DNA from: an uncultured Candidatus Micrarchaeota archaeon
GTDB taxonomy: Archaea > Micrarchaeota > Micrarchaeia > Anstonellales > Bilamarchaeaceae
Assembly (NCBI GenBank): GCA_963714085.1
Contig: OY970229.1
Coordinates: 1,152,001-1,216,000 of the forward strand
Length of the DNA stretch: 64,000 nt
Direction: 5' to 3'
The position numbers and the translations under genes were made by a program. This document shows positions 39,250-48,777 of the stretch, in pieces. The notes beneath the pieces are model-generated. The model saw only the letters and a program-made list of their open reading frames with translations, had not been told where the DNA came from and searched no databases. Position 1 is the first letter of the stretch, and every line of letters begins with the position of its first letter.

Positions 39250-41367
39250 TCATTTGATCCCGAATATGGATTTGATGAAGTCGATTATGCCATCGAAGAA
39301 CCCTGCCGGTTTGGGCGCTCCGTTGGTTTCACCGGATACCTGCTGGATGCTCGTGTTCTGCTGCGCCGTGGCATTTGAAATATTCTGCTGCGCGCTTGCG
39401 TTTTGCTGCGCCGCGGTGCTGGAAGCATTCTGCTGCGTCCATACTCCTGAAGAGCCGCCCTGCCGCGTTCCCGCGCCGTTCTGCGGGATGGTCGGGCCGC
39501 TTGCAGCGCCAGTATTCGTGGTTATGTTCAGGCTGCTCCAGTTGAAGTTGGCATACTTGGTCGAATTGGCCTCTTCCGGCAGCGTGAATCCGACCGCGTT
39601 CGAAGTGATGGTGCGCGCGGACGAGATGCTGGTCGCCAGCGGGGTGATATTGATGATGTTCGTAGTGTTCTTGGTCGTGAAAACCCACTGGAAGTCCGAG
39701 TAAAGCGGGGTTCCGTTCACGGATCTGATGTCTTTGGACAGGTACACCACGTAATCCGTATCCGGTTCGAGCTGCCTGTCCGGTGTGAATATAGCCAGGT
39801 TCTTCGCGACCGTGATCTGGCCCGACACCGGGGTCCCGGACGCATCCGTGACGCGGAACGTCGTCGAGTTCACGGTCGTGTTGTCAAGAGGTTGCGTGAA
39901 GATCGGGCAGACGCTGAAGTAGTCTTCGAGATACTGGCTCGCGAAGGTGCCATTCTGCGGGTAGACCTTTTTCACGAACATCATGTCCGCCCCAGCGATC
40001 AAGCCGGGCGAAACACCCGGGAAAAGACCCTGGACGAGCTGGTTGTCGGAGCCTGGCTGGAAAGGTATCTTATCTCCTGCGACCGCGATATCTATCCAGG
40101 AGCCATTGGTGCCGATGCTCTGGAGCTGCTCCATATCATCCAGGTCGTAGACCAAGACAGTATCCCAGAGGGTCTCACCTGGCGAGTCGCCGAAAGAGGT
40201 TGTCACGAAAGCGAGCTTGCCGTCGCTGGTCGTTGCGATGGTCGATGGGCCCTCGGTTTTCGGAACGGTGAGGTATCCTCCCACGTCCGAGGAATACAGC
40301 TCATCGTTCGGCACGATATTCATATCCGTCATGCTGTTGACGAATGGTTCCGCTGTCTTGAGCCCGGAGTATTTGTGCGTCGTGTACGTCTTAACGTAGT
40401 TGGAATCCATGGTGTACCCTATGACATAGAGCGTGTTCCCGTCCTCCGAGACAGAAAGTGCGACCGGGTAGTACCAGGTGATCATGAATTGCATCCCTCT
40501 CGTCTGCGTGTTCATCACCACGATTCCGGTCTCCTGGGCGTTCGTAGCATAAAGCATGGTGCCGTTCGCGCCTATGGCGATGTCCCGGGTGTAGACGCCC
40601 TCAGCCCCGCCTCCAAGAAGATTGATGGCGCTCACCGTGTTCGTGGACCAGTCGAGCTCGTAGACCTTCGGGGCCTGGAACCACGGGGCGAAGTAAACTT
40701 TCGAGCCGTCGGAAGAGAAGGCCATGCTGTTATACATGGTCGGGGTCTTGCCCGGAAGATTCCAGGAGACGCCTTTCGAGAAATCCATTATATACAAGCC
40801 GCCATTGGAGGCGTTGTCCTGATAAGCGAGGTAGAGCTTGCCATCCGGCGCGACCGCCAGGTGATCCGGGGTTATCCCGTCGAACTCATACTGGTCTATG
40901 GGCTGCTGCGTGCTCGCATTGAGGCGGACCACGCGCGTGGTGCTGATTTTCGGGCATTCGTCGTATTCGGAACAGCCTGGAGTGAGATTCTCCCATGTGA
41001 CCGCGGCGTAGACGAACTGGCTGTCAGGAGATACTGCGACGCCGCCGATGTACGCGCCTGAGATGCCCGGATTTATCTTCGAAACGATCTTGAGGGTCGA
41101 GGAATCTATCACCAGGGCGGAGCTGCTCGCTACGTAGACCATCGGCCCGCTTTCGAGCTCGAGTTCGGCGGCTGCTAGCAATGAGCTTGTGTTGATGCCG
41201 GTCAGGCTGATGCGCTGGAGCGTGGTGTTGCTAAGAGGCGGTGTGGCTATGCTTGTGTTGAGCGCGGCCACGTGAATCAGGGGTTGGCCTGATCCGAGCG
41301 AGACTGCGTAAACCGGAGAGGATCCTAGAATCAGCAAAAGCAGAATGACACAGGATAATTTCATCAT
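39250..41367 (-). CDS. Secreted beta-propeller (YncE-like) protein with Ig-like (Big_5) domain
   Basis: Signal peptide, AVSPD/SSDG blade repeats, FTPDRQLEPDTDY Ig-like motif, sequon-rich tail, amphipathic C-terminus. Confidence 0.8.
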   Translation of the reverse strand: MMKLSCVILLLLILGSSPVYAVSLGSGQPLIHVAALNTSIATPPLSNTTLQRISLTGINTSSLLAAAELELESGPMVYVASSSALVIDSSTLKIVSKINPGISGAYIGGVAVSPDSQFVYAAVTWENLTPGCSEYDECPKISTTRVVRLNASTQQPIDQYEFDGITPDHLAVAPDGKLYLAYQDNASNGGLYIMDFSKGVSWNLPGKTPTMYNSMAFSSDGSKVYFAPWFQAPKVYELDWSTNTVSAINLLGGGAEGVYTRDIAIGANGTMLYATNAQETGIVVMNTQTRGMQFMITWYYPVALSVSEDGNTLYVIGYTMDSNYVKTYTTHKYSGLKTAEPFVNSMTDMNIVPNDELYSSDVGGYLTVPKTEGPSTIATTSDGKLAFVTTSFGDSPGETLWDTVLVYDLDDMEQLQSIGTNGSWIDIAVAGDKIPFQPGSDNQLVQGLFPGVSPGLIAGADMMFVKKVYPQNGTFASQYLEDYFSVCPIFTQPLDNTTVNSTTFRVTDASGTPVSGQITVAKNLAIFTPDRQLEPDTDYVVYLSKDIRSVNGTPLYSDFQWVFTTKNTTNIINITPLATSISSARTITSNAVGFTLPEEANSTKYANFNWSSLNITTNTGAASGPTIPQNGAGTRQGGSSGVWTQQNASSTAAQQNASAQQNISNATAQQNTSIQQVSGETNGAPKPAGFFDGIIDFIKSIFGIK

Positions 41368-41629
41368 CACAACCCCGGTCTTCACTTGCCGGGTTATATT
41401 TATAATGCGAGGCCCCCCGGCGTCATAGCTTGCAGCGCAGTTCCATATGGAAATCCCGGAAGCCCCGGCAAGCACGGTGTTTATAACTGATAAAGGAAAA
41501 GAACCCGATCTGTGCCTGACCGCGTGAATGTTCTTCTATCGTGAGGGTTAAAAAGCCTTTAACTCGCGCCCGGAGGAAAGCTCCAGAAAATATTAAAATC
41601 TTAAGTCAGAGGTAAACGCGGTGATATCC

Positions 41630-42019
41630 ATGGGGCTTTCGTATGTAAGCATAAGGGTAAAGGATATGAAGAAGTCGCTGGCTTTCTACACCCGTAAGAT
41701 GGGCCTGAAGGTCATCGGCAAGAGGGAGATGCCCGGCGAGCTGATCATGCAGCTGGAGGACAAGGCAACGAAGCAGCGCCTGAACCTCATGTGGTACGCG
41801 AAAAGCAACAGATGGTACACGCCATACAAGATGAACGGGGTCGAATTAGACCATCTGATGTTCCAAGTCCCGGACGCGAAGAAGGCCTACGCCAAGCTTC
41901 TGAAGGGTGGCGCGATCAAGGCCACGGACATCTGGGATGGCAAGGAGCGCGTCATGGGCCTGGTCAAGGATCCCAACGGCATCTGGATCGGCGTGATGAG
42001 CGTCAAGAAGAAAAGATAA
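41630..42019 (+). CDS. VOC/glyoxalase family protein
   Basis: IRVKDMKKSLAFY, DHLMF, KDPNGIWI. Confidence 0.88.
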   Translation: MGLSYVSIRVKDMKKSLAFYTRKMGLKVIGKREMPGELIMQLEDKATKQRLNLMWYAKSNRWYTPYKMNGVELDHLMFQVPDAKKAYAKLLKGGAIKATDIWDGKERVMGLVKDPNGIWIGVMSVKKKR

Positions 42020-42020
42020 T

Positions 42021-42680
42021 TCAGAACACGGCCGCGAGCCCGCTGAGGAACTTCTTCGGGTCCTCGGCCTTCACGAACGCGCTCGAGAGCAGGACGCCTT
42101 CTGAGCCCAGCTCCAGCGCCTTGCGCACGTCATCCGCGTTGCTGACCCCCGCGCCGCAGAGCACGGTGATCTTCGAGTTTATCTTTTTGATTTCCTTCAC
42201 TGTCTCAGTGACAACTTCCGGCTTCGCGGTCGATACGCTCACGCCCGAGCCTATGAGCTCCGGCGGCTCCACAGCGATATAAGTAGGTTCGAATGCCGCG
42301 ATCTCCGCCGCCTCTTTCGTGCTTGCCGCGCATACGAGCGATTCCAGGCCGTTGGACTGCAGCGCCTGCACCGTCGCCTTGACCTTGTCCATCCGCAGCT
42401 TCTTCTCCGAATGGTTGACCAGCGAGCCCTTCACCTTTATTATCTTGAGCGCGTCCACGGGTATGGAGCCGGTGAAAGCCCCGGGGCTCTCCGCGTCCAC
42501 GTGCTGCGCGAACACGTCGCCGAACCTCTCGGTCGCCTCCTTGAGGTATATCGCCGGGGGGCACACCACTATGCGCACTCCGGTCTCGGCCACCACCTCG
42601 CTCGCGATGTCCGTGAAAAGAAGCGACCTTTCCAGGCTTTGCGTATATGTCTTAAGATTGAGGACTATCAAGGCATTCAC
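42021..42680 (-). CDS. tpiA: Triosephosphate isomerase (archaeal type)
   Basis: LNLKTY, NHSE, AVEPPELIG, CGAG. Confidence 0.95.
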   Translation of the reverse strand: MNALIVLNLKTYTQSLERSLLFTDIASEVVAETGVRIVVCPPAIYLKEATERFGDVFAQHVDAESPGAFTGSIPVDALKIIKVKGSLVNHSEKKLRMDKVKATVQALQSNGLESLVCAASTKEAAEIAAFEPTYIAVEPPELIGSGVSVSTAKPEVVTETVKEIKKINSKITVLCGAGVSNADDVRKALELGSEGVLLSSAFVKAEDPKKFLSGLAAVF

Positions 42681-42779
42681 CCATTCATGAAATGATTGAA
42701 AGTCTTTAAATGGTTGGGCAACCCACCGCGGAAATGTGGTCGAGTTAAGTTAATAAAGTCGAATTCTCCTGCATCTGTC

Positions 42780-43469
42780 ATGGATTTAAGCGAAATCAAC
42801 AGGAAAAAGATTCTGATTCGTTGGGGGAGAATTCATGCAGCCGAACAAGAATACATCACTATTCATGCAATGAAGAACGAACCCCTCAAGGCAAGACTCC
42901 ACGGTTATCTTTGTGGCGACGGAAGCGTATCCTGCAGAAAGGAACGCAAAAATGGAAAGATGCATCATGAAATCCGCTTCTATCCGGACCATGTCTCCAT
43001 GGCGGCTTCTTACATAGATGCCTTTCATCTGGTTTATGGAAAGCGATTGAAATTGAAAGAACTAACGAACCATTATCTCGTCAATGTAAACTCCCAAGTC
43101 ATAGTCCACGACCTTCTTCGTGATGGTTCCTTTTCAAGCATGGGATGGCGCGTGCCTATTTGGGTGGCGCGCAATCAAGAGAACTCCAAAGAATGGCTCC
43201 GTGCGTTTTTTGATGCCGAAGCGTATGTCAGTGACAAGGAAATTCGTGTCCAATCCGTTAACAAAATCGGGCTGCGCCAGGTGAAGTCGATGCTCGAGGC
43301 TTTTGGAATCACGTGCAGGGAGTATACCTACAAAAGGAAAAACAAAAGATGGAATATCAACTATCATCTGGCAATTCGTGGACAGGAGAATCGATACTAT
43401 TTCTTAAAAAAGGTTGGCTTCAATCATATAAAAAAATTGAACAAATTAAGTAGTGCCGACGTCGCATAA
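42780..43469 (+). CDS. Free-standing two-motif LAGLIDADG homing-endonuclease-like protein
   Basis: LHGYLCGDGS and LRAFFDAEAY motifs; more AT-rich than neighbours; stop codon lies inside the tRNA-Ser. Confidence 0.85.
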   Translation: MDLSEINRKKILIRWGRIHAAEQEYITIHAMKNEPLKARLHGYLCGDGSVSCRKERKNGKMHHEIRFYPDHVSMAASYIDAFHLVYGKRLKLKELTNHYLVNVNSQVIVHDLLRDGSFSSMGWRVPIWVARNQENSKEWLRAFFDAEAYVSDKEIRVQSVNKIGLRQVKSMLEAFGITCREYTYKRKNKRWNINYHLAIRGQENRYYFLKKVGFNHIKKLNKLSSADVA

Positions 43470-43572
43470 TCCGGTAGTGCGTCGGAAACCATTACGGTTG
43501 ACGAATCTCGAACCGGATTAATCGAGAAAACCGATCCCTCTGGGATTGCAGGTTCAAATCCTGCCGTCGGCG
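43455..43572 (+). tRNA. tRNA-Ser(CGA) with two introns (43486-43505 at position 30/31; 43513-43528 at 37/38)
   Basis: Removing both introns gives TCGGT-CTCGAAA-ACCGA, a long variable arm and G73; BHB-type splice motifs present. Confidence 0.9.
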
Positions 43573-43586
43573 TTTTTTCTCACCGA

Positions 43587-44348
43587 TCAGCAGATGAGCA
43601 GCGGTCTGGAGAAGTCGCTTTCCAGGAAGATGGCGGCGCGGACCTTCTGGTCCCTGGCACGGGGGCCGTCCGCCCTGAAAAGAGGCGACATCCCCCTCAA
43701 AAAGGTTTTGGCGAACCCAGGTTCATTGAGCACGGCGTCCTGGAGATCCTCCTTTAACCGGGCCGGCATCACGAAGTTGATCAATACCGGGAGCGGCTTG
43801 GAACCCCTGCCGCCAAGCAGATCTTCGTTTATGCTGGTCGCCATGCAAACAACCAGCTCATCCCCGCGGATCCTGAGGTGTATCTCGCGTGGGTCCGGCT
43901 TCAAGTCCATATAATTCTGCACGCACACGCCCTGGAGCTCTCTCATATTCGCTCTTTTTGCAAGTTCCGGAGCCGCGTGCATCCCGCAGAAAATAAAACC
44001 CTCTGGGTACGGCAGCATCGCTATCCCCCCGATGGCATGGCGCTTTATCTCTACTATGACCTCGGCGGGCGATAGTTCTCGTTCCGGTTCGGATATGACG
44101 CTCGGAACTCGGGCCGCTGGTGCATGCGTGGCCGGAGGCGTACGGGTCTCCAAAATCCCGCTTGCGGTCCGGCCAGCCGGGGCTTGGCCAGCGGTTCTCG
44201 GCTCGGTAGTCGCGCCCTCGGCAAGCGGGAGCGGCGACGGCGCAGCCGGCTTACTTGCTGGCGGTGGAGCCGTCGGGCCAGCTCGCTTCGTGGTGCGAAG
44301 AGCCATTCCGAGCGCCCGCAACGGATCGTCAGGACCGAGTTTTCTCAT
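43587..44348 (-). CDS. Hypothetical protein with Pro/Ala-rich N-terminus
   Basis: Long ORF downstream of a TATA-like element. Confidence 0.55.
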   Translation of the reverse strand: MRKLGPDDPLRALGMALRTTKRAGPTAPPPASKPAAPSPLPLAEGATTEPRTAGQAPAGRTASGILETRTPPATHAPAARVPSVISEPERELSPAEVIVEIKRHAIGGIAMLPYPEGFIFCGMHAAPELAKRANMRELQGVCVQNYMDLKPDPREIHLRIRGDELVVCMATSINEDLLGGRGSKPLPVLINFVMPARLKEDLQDAVLNEPGFAKTFLRGMSPLFRADGPRARDQKVRAAIFLESDFSRPLLIC

Positions 44349-44483
44349 GTGATAATCTATGTTAAGAAATATATAAAAATGTGCCTGTCCGGGCTGGCGC
44401 ACAGCTTTTCAGGATACGGGCGCCCCGATTCCGCAGTCCGCTGTATTTTTACTGTTTGCCGGTTTCTTATTACCGGTGCTTGC

Positions 44484-45302
44484 ATGGAAGACTCACGAAA
44501 TGCGCGCAAGGTCGTCATAATAACAGGCGCGTCATCCGGCATAGGGCGCGAGGCCGCGCGCCTGTTCGCGCAGAAGGGGTGGCAGGTGGTCGCCACAATG
44601 AGGGACACCTCGCGCGGGGAGGACCTCGCCGCTTTGGGCAACGTGGACCTCATGCGCATCGACGTCAGGGATTCCGGATCCATCAGGAGCGCCTACGACA
44701 AGACGATGAAGAGATACGGCAGGATAGACGTCCTGGTGAACAACGCGGGATACGGGCTCGTGGGTCCGATCGAGGCCGCGAAAAGGGAGCAGATGGAAGC
44801 GGAGGTCGACACCAACCTCATCGGGCTCATGGACGCCACCGCGCAAGTGCTGCCGCACATGAGGAAGAACAAGTCGGGGACCATCGTCAACATCTCTTCC
44901 ATGGCCGGGAAGGTCGCGTTCCCGTATCACAGCGCGTACAATGCCACCAAGTTCGGAGTGGAGGGATTCACCGAGGCGCTGCAATACGAGGTCAGGAAGT
45001 TCGGGATCAGGATGAAGCTCGTGGAGCCCGGGATGGTCGAGACCGATTTCTACACGCGTTCGATGGAAAAGCTGGCGCATCCCGCCTACGGCGACTATTC
45101 CGGGATGACGAAGCGGACCGGCTCGAGAAAGGGGATCCCGCCCACGCGCGTCGCGGAAGTGATCTACCGCGCGGCGAACGATGCGAGCGGCAGGCTGCGC
45201 TATCCGGTGGGGAGCGATGCCGCCATGCTATTGCTCATCAAAAAAGTGCTGCCGGACGGCGTCTTCTCCTGGTTGATAATGAGGGTAATGGGTAGTTCTT
45301 GA
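44484..45302 (+). CDS. Short-chain dehydrogenase/reductase
   Basis: TGASSGIG, NNAG, YNATK. Confidence 0.93.
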   Translation: MEDSRNARKVVIITGASSGIGREAARLFAQKGWQVVATMRDTSRGEDLAALGNVDLMRIDVRDSGSIRSAYDKTMKRYGRIDVLVNNAGYGLVGPIEAAKREQMEAEVDTNLIGLMDATAQVLPHMRKNKSGTIVNISSMAGKVAFPYHSAYNATKFGVEGFTEALQYEVRKFGIRMKLVEPGMVETDFYTRSMEKLAHPAYGDYSGMTKRTGSRKGIPPTRVAEVIYRAANDASGRLRYPVGSDAAMLLLIKKVLPDGVFSWLIMRVMGSS

Positions 45303-45703
45303 TGGAAAAGCGAATGACCACGAAGGAGCTTCTGGACAGATACTACGAACGGCTCTCAGGAAAAGGCGAATTGGGCCCCTTGCTTTCCGAAGACTTCATG
45401 CTCGCAGGGACCGGGGCGAAAGAGGCCCGGGGAAGGGACGCGCACGCTGACAACCTTTTTTTCAGGTTTGTCAAGAGCCTGGAAGTCAAAACAATGATTA
45501 TTGACGGCGAGCGCGCCTGTGCGGTGGTCCATTACGCCCTCGTGTCCCCGCAGGGCGACGGCTTCTCGTGCGACGTCGCCGAGGTCTGGGAGATGAAAAA
45601 CGGGAAGCTCGCTTCGCTGGCGATGTATTTCGATACGGTGGAGTATCAGAAGTTCATGCTTCCGATTCTGTTTCCACTTACGCGGCTTAAGAAGAAAAGA
45701 TAA
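45299..45703 (+). CDS. SnoaL/NTF2-like protein
   Basis: Typical size and C-terminal KNGKL...YFD pattern. Confidence 0.7.
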   Translation: MMEKRMTTKELLDRYYERLSGKGELGPLLSEDFMLAGTGAKEARGRDAHADNLFFRFVKSLEVKTMIIDGERACAVVHYALVSPQGDGFSCDVAEVWEMKNGKLASLAMYFDTVEYQKFMLPILFPLTRLKKKR

Positions 45704-45706
45704 GAT

Positions 45707-45779
45707 AGCCTCGGAAGGGATTTGAACCCCTGGCCTCAGGTTTACGAAACCCGCGCTCTACCAGCTGAGCTACCGAGGC
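45707..45779 (-). tRNA. tRNA-Thr(CGT)
   Basis: Cloverleaf; anticodon arm CGGGT-TTCGTAA-ACCTG. Confidence 0.93.
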
Positions 45780-45842
45780 GAATAAAGCGTGGGTTATGTA
45801 GCGCCCCACTTCTTTTATATATTTCCCTTTACCATCCAAATC

Positions 45843-46469
45843 ATGGAAATAGAGCCTATCACTACCGGCAAGACCGAGGATAAAGTGGAATTCGCCACCG
45901 CGTTCAAGGCGATCCAGGTCGCGCTGGACAACTACCAGGACATATTCTCGGACTTCGACACCGGGCCCTACAACTACAGGACGCTGTCCAACGACTTCGT
46001 CAACGAGGTGGAGCGCCGCTACGTGGAGACCAAGCCCGGCGAATTCGAGGTGCGGCTGACCCTGCCGGCCAAGGAGCGCGACCAGAGGGTCGAGATGGTC
46101 ATAAAGAAGCGGCTGAGGGACTACTTCACCGGCCGGCTCAAGGAGAAGGACGAGGAGATCACCAAAAAGAGGAACATCGGCATCGTCAGGATCCTGGCGG
46201 GTATCGTGATAATCATCTCAGTCTTAGAACTGCCCATAGCAGATAGCGCCGCGGTGTCGAACATACTCTTCGTCCCGGGGTGGTTCTTCATATGGTCAGG
46301 GTTCGAGAACATCATGGACATCCCGGGCAAGCTCGCAGAAGAGCGCCAGTTCCTGAGCAGGTTCTCCAAGGCGAAGTACCATTTCTACTCCGAGGACGAG
46401 CTCACCGTGGTGGCTGAGAAGCTCCCCGAACCGCCCCCGGTCCCGCCCCTGGAGCCGAGGCATACCTAG
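45843..46469 (+). CDS. Hypothetical membrane protein (two transmembrane segments)
   Basis: DIFSDFD...RTLS motif followed by two hydrophobic helices. Confidence 0.7.
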   Translation: MEIEPITTGKTEDKVEFATAFKAIQVALDNYQDIFSDFDTGPYNYRTLSNDFVNEVERRYVETKPGEFEVRLTLPAKERDQRVEMVIKKRLRDYFTGRLKEKDEEITKKRNIGIVRILAGIVIIISVLELPIADSAAVSNILFVPGWFFIWSGFENIMDIPGKLAEERQFLSRFSKAKYHFYSEDELTVVAEKLPEPPPVPPLEPRHT

Positions 46470-46598
46470 ATTCCTTCCCCTGCAAAACTTACCATTACTT
46501 GTATTTGCATGTAGGATTTTGCATCAGGGTAGTGAGAGAATATCGCTCTCAGGCTGTTCGAGCATAATTCTCCTGCAAAATTTTACCATTTACCCGCA

Positions 46599-47561
46599 CT
46601 AGAAATACCTCAACGCGAGCACCTCGGTCATGCGGAACGTGTCAAAGGTCCGAAGCATCGAGCCTCCCTTGTCTTTCAGCTCTGAAATCAGGGATTCGAA
46701 CTTATCCGGCTCGATGAAGAACTCGGCCTCTATGTCCGCATAACCCGTCGTCCTGTCCAGATAGACCAGGTTCGGGTGCGACTCAATAATACTCATCAGC
46801 GCTTTCGCTACGCTCCTATCCGACAAGAATACGTCCAGCTTGAGGTATTCCCAGCCAAACTTCTCGAAATCTATAGTCGGTCTGAACGCCAAGATAACGC
46901 CCTCTTTTCTCAACGCATTCATTCTTCTTTTCAGGGTGACCGGATTCAGTCCAAGCTTCGAAGCGAGATTGTTGAGCCTGATGCGGCCGTCCTTGGCGAG
47001 CTCGGACAGCATCACGACGTCCTTCTCGTCCACCTTCACGATCCTGTCTTTTCCGCCTACGATAATGGGATTGCCCTTCTCCACACCCGGAAATGGATAA
47101 GGATAATGCACAGCTTCGTAGTAAGGCGATGACTCCACAACGAGCAGAAACCTCGCGAATCTGTCCGCGAACCCCTCCCATACCCTATGGAGCTCTTTCT
47201 GCGAGCGGTAGATGACCATCCAGCTGATGTCGAACTTGCCGGAAACCTTTCCGAGGAACCACGTCTGGGGCAGCGAAGCCACGTAAGCGAGGATCTCCTT
47301 TTCGCTCATGCTGTCAGTGCCTTGGAACTTCGCGTAGAACCTGTGGAACGAGTAGCCTATAAGGGAGGTGTCTATCACCGCGTGGTAGCCTTTTATGACG
47401 CCTGACTTTTCGAGCTTCGAGATGCGCTTGGAGACCGCCTCCTTGCTCAGCCTCACCTTCCTGCCTATGACGTTCAGGGACTGGCGGCAGTTCGCGTCGA
47501 GCTCCTTCAGTATCTTCTGGTCTATTGCATCCAATTTAATTGACAAAGCATCATTTTTCAT
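46599..47561 (-). CDS. Tandem Lrp/AsnC-family transcriptional regulator
   Basis: Two LDxxDxxIL-type HTH units, each followed by a RAM-like domain. Confidence 0.88.
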   Translation of the reverse strand: MKNDALSIKLDAIDQKILKELDANCRQSLNVIGRKVRLSKEAVSKRISKLEKSGVIKGYHAVIDTSLIGYSFHRFYAKFQGTDSMSEKEILAYVASLPQTWFLGKVSGKFDISWMVIYRSQKELHRVWEGFADRFARFLLVVESSPYYEAVHYPYPFPGVEKGNPIIVGGKDRIVKVDEKDVVMLSELAKDGRIRLNNLASKLGLNPVTLKRRMNALRKEGVILAFRPTIDFEKFGWEYLKLDVFLSDRSVAKALMSIIESHPNLVYLDRTTGYADIEAEFFIEPDKFESLISELKDKGGSMLRTFDTFRMTEVLALRYF

Positions 47562-47631
47562 ACAAATTAGTATTGTTTGTCAAGATTCTTAATGATTGGT
47601 GTTAAGTATATGTTTTGCTTTGTTATAAAAC

Positions 47632-48771
47632 ATGGCAACAAAAGAAATTTACAACAAGGAAAAAGCGTTTGCTTTCTCAGGACAGGTCTCATCGCAGGTC
47701 TCGGTCGCCATCCGGGACGCGGTACACTCGAGGGGCCCGAAATACGCTGAAGCCTTGATGGATATCCCGCTGAAGAAGGCGAGCGGCACGACCCTCCAGC
47801 GTGCGACGCTCTTCTCCGCAGTGCTCCAAGACAGCGGAAAGGACTGGACAAGGCACGTCAGAGCCGCTGCCTCGCTTGAGCTCCTTGTGTCGTACATGTA
47901 TTTGCATAACAGGATATACGACAACAAGGGAGGCATCAACTTCTCTGATCCGCCAACCGTCGGAAGGCACATTCTCGCAGGAAACCTATGCAGAGAGCTG
48001 GCGTGCTCGGTGCTGCGGCATGATGCGGGCCCGGACACTGAGCGGGTGTTCAGGTGGGCCTCCGAGGTCTTCGATTACGGCCAGGTGCTCGCTTTCGATA
48101 GCAGGCAGGCATTCGAGGGGCCGCAGGAGCGCATGGACACGCTGATGCTTATGCTGAAGCGGACTTACTGCATAAACGCGGCATACTTCCAGGGAATCGG
48201 CGCGCTCGCGGGTGCCGTATCCGGCGCAAGCCCTGAGAGAATCGACATGCTCGCGAGATGGTCCTACGGATTCGGCATGCTCGTGCAGTTCGTGAACGAC
48301 ATCGCGGATTTCGTCCCATCGACATTCGGAGAATCCACAGTGGAGAAGGTTCCGGATGACGCCTTCGCGGATTTCAGGAAAAAGGAGCTCAGCCTGGTGC
48401 ACCACAGGCTCATACATGCGGGCGCTGATTTCTCTTCGGAGGAATCGTGCCTCGCGTCCGCAGGCAGTTCGGGCGTCATCCGGAGCTCCATGCGCCTCTG
48501 CAGAAGCATCTCCCGCGCACTAGGGAAATGGGCTATGGACGAAGGCATGGAAACGCTCGCAGGCACGTCGTTCCTGGGAATCTCGAACAAATACTTCAAG
48601 GATTTGATGCGCATGAAAGAAACCGGTCGCATCCAGTGGGGCGCGGTCTCAGAAGCGGATTCGCGCGAGAACCAGGCGATACTGGAAGCGCTCATCCGCC
48701 ATCCTGGGCCGGTCTGGGGCGGGCTCCCGGAGCATCTCCAGCCCCGCTTCTCCTATCTTAGAACGAGATGA
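47632..48771 (+). CDS. Class I isoprenoid-synthase-fold protein with non-canonical Asp motifs
   Basis: AASLEL..YLHNRIYD (FARM-like), GQ..., FGMLVQFVNDIADF (SARM-like). Confidence 0.65.
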   Translation: MATKEIYNKEKAFAFSGQVSSQVSVAIRDAVHSRGPKYAEALMDIPLKKASGTTLQRATLFSAVLQDSGKDWTRHVRAAASLELLVSYMYLHNRIYDNKGGINFSDPPTVGRHILAGNLCRELACSVLRHDAGPDTERVFRWASEVFDYGQVLAFDSRQAFEGPQERMDTLMLMLKRTYCINAAYFQGIGALAGAVSGASPERIDMLARWSYGFGMLVQFVNDIADFVPSTFGESTVEKVPDDAFADFRKKELSLVHHRLIHAGADFSSEESCLASAGSSGVIRSSMRLCRSISRALGKWAMDEGMETLAGTSFLGISNKYFKDLMRMKETGRIQWGAVSEADSRENQAILEALIRHPGPVWGGLPEHLQPRFSYLRTR

Positions 48772-48777
48772 CATGGC

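Noticed and set aside
43486..43505. The CAT triplet in this loop as a Met anticodon
   Set aside because: It lies inside intron 1. The long variable arm, G73 and the spliced anticodon arm indicate Ser(CGA).
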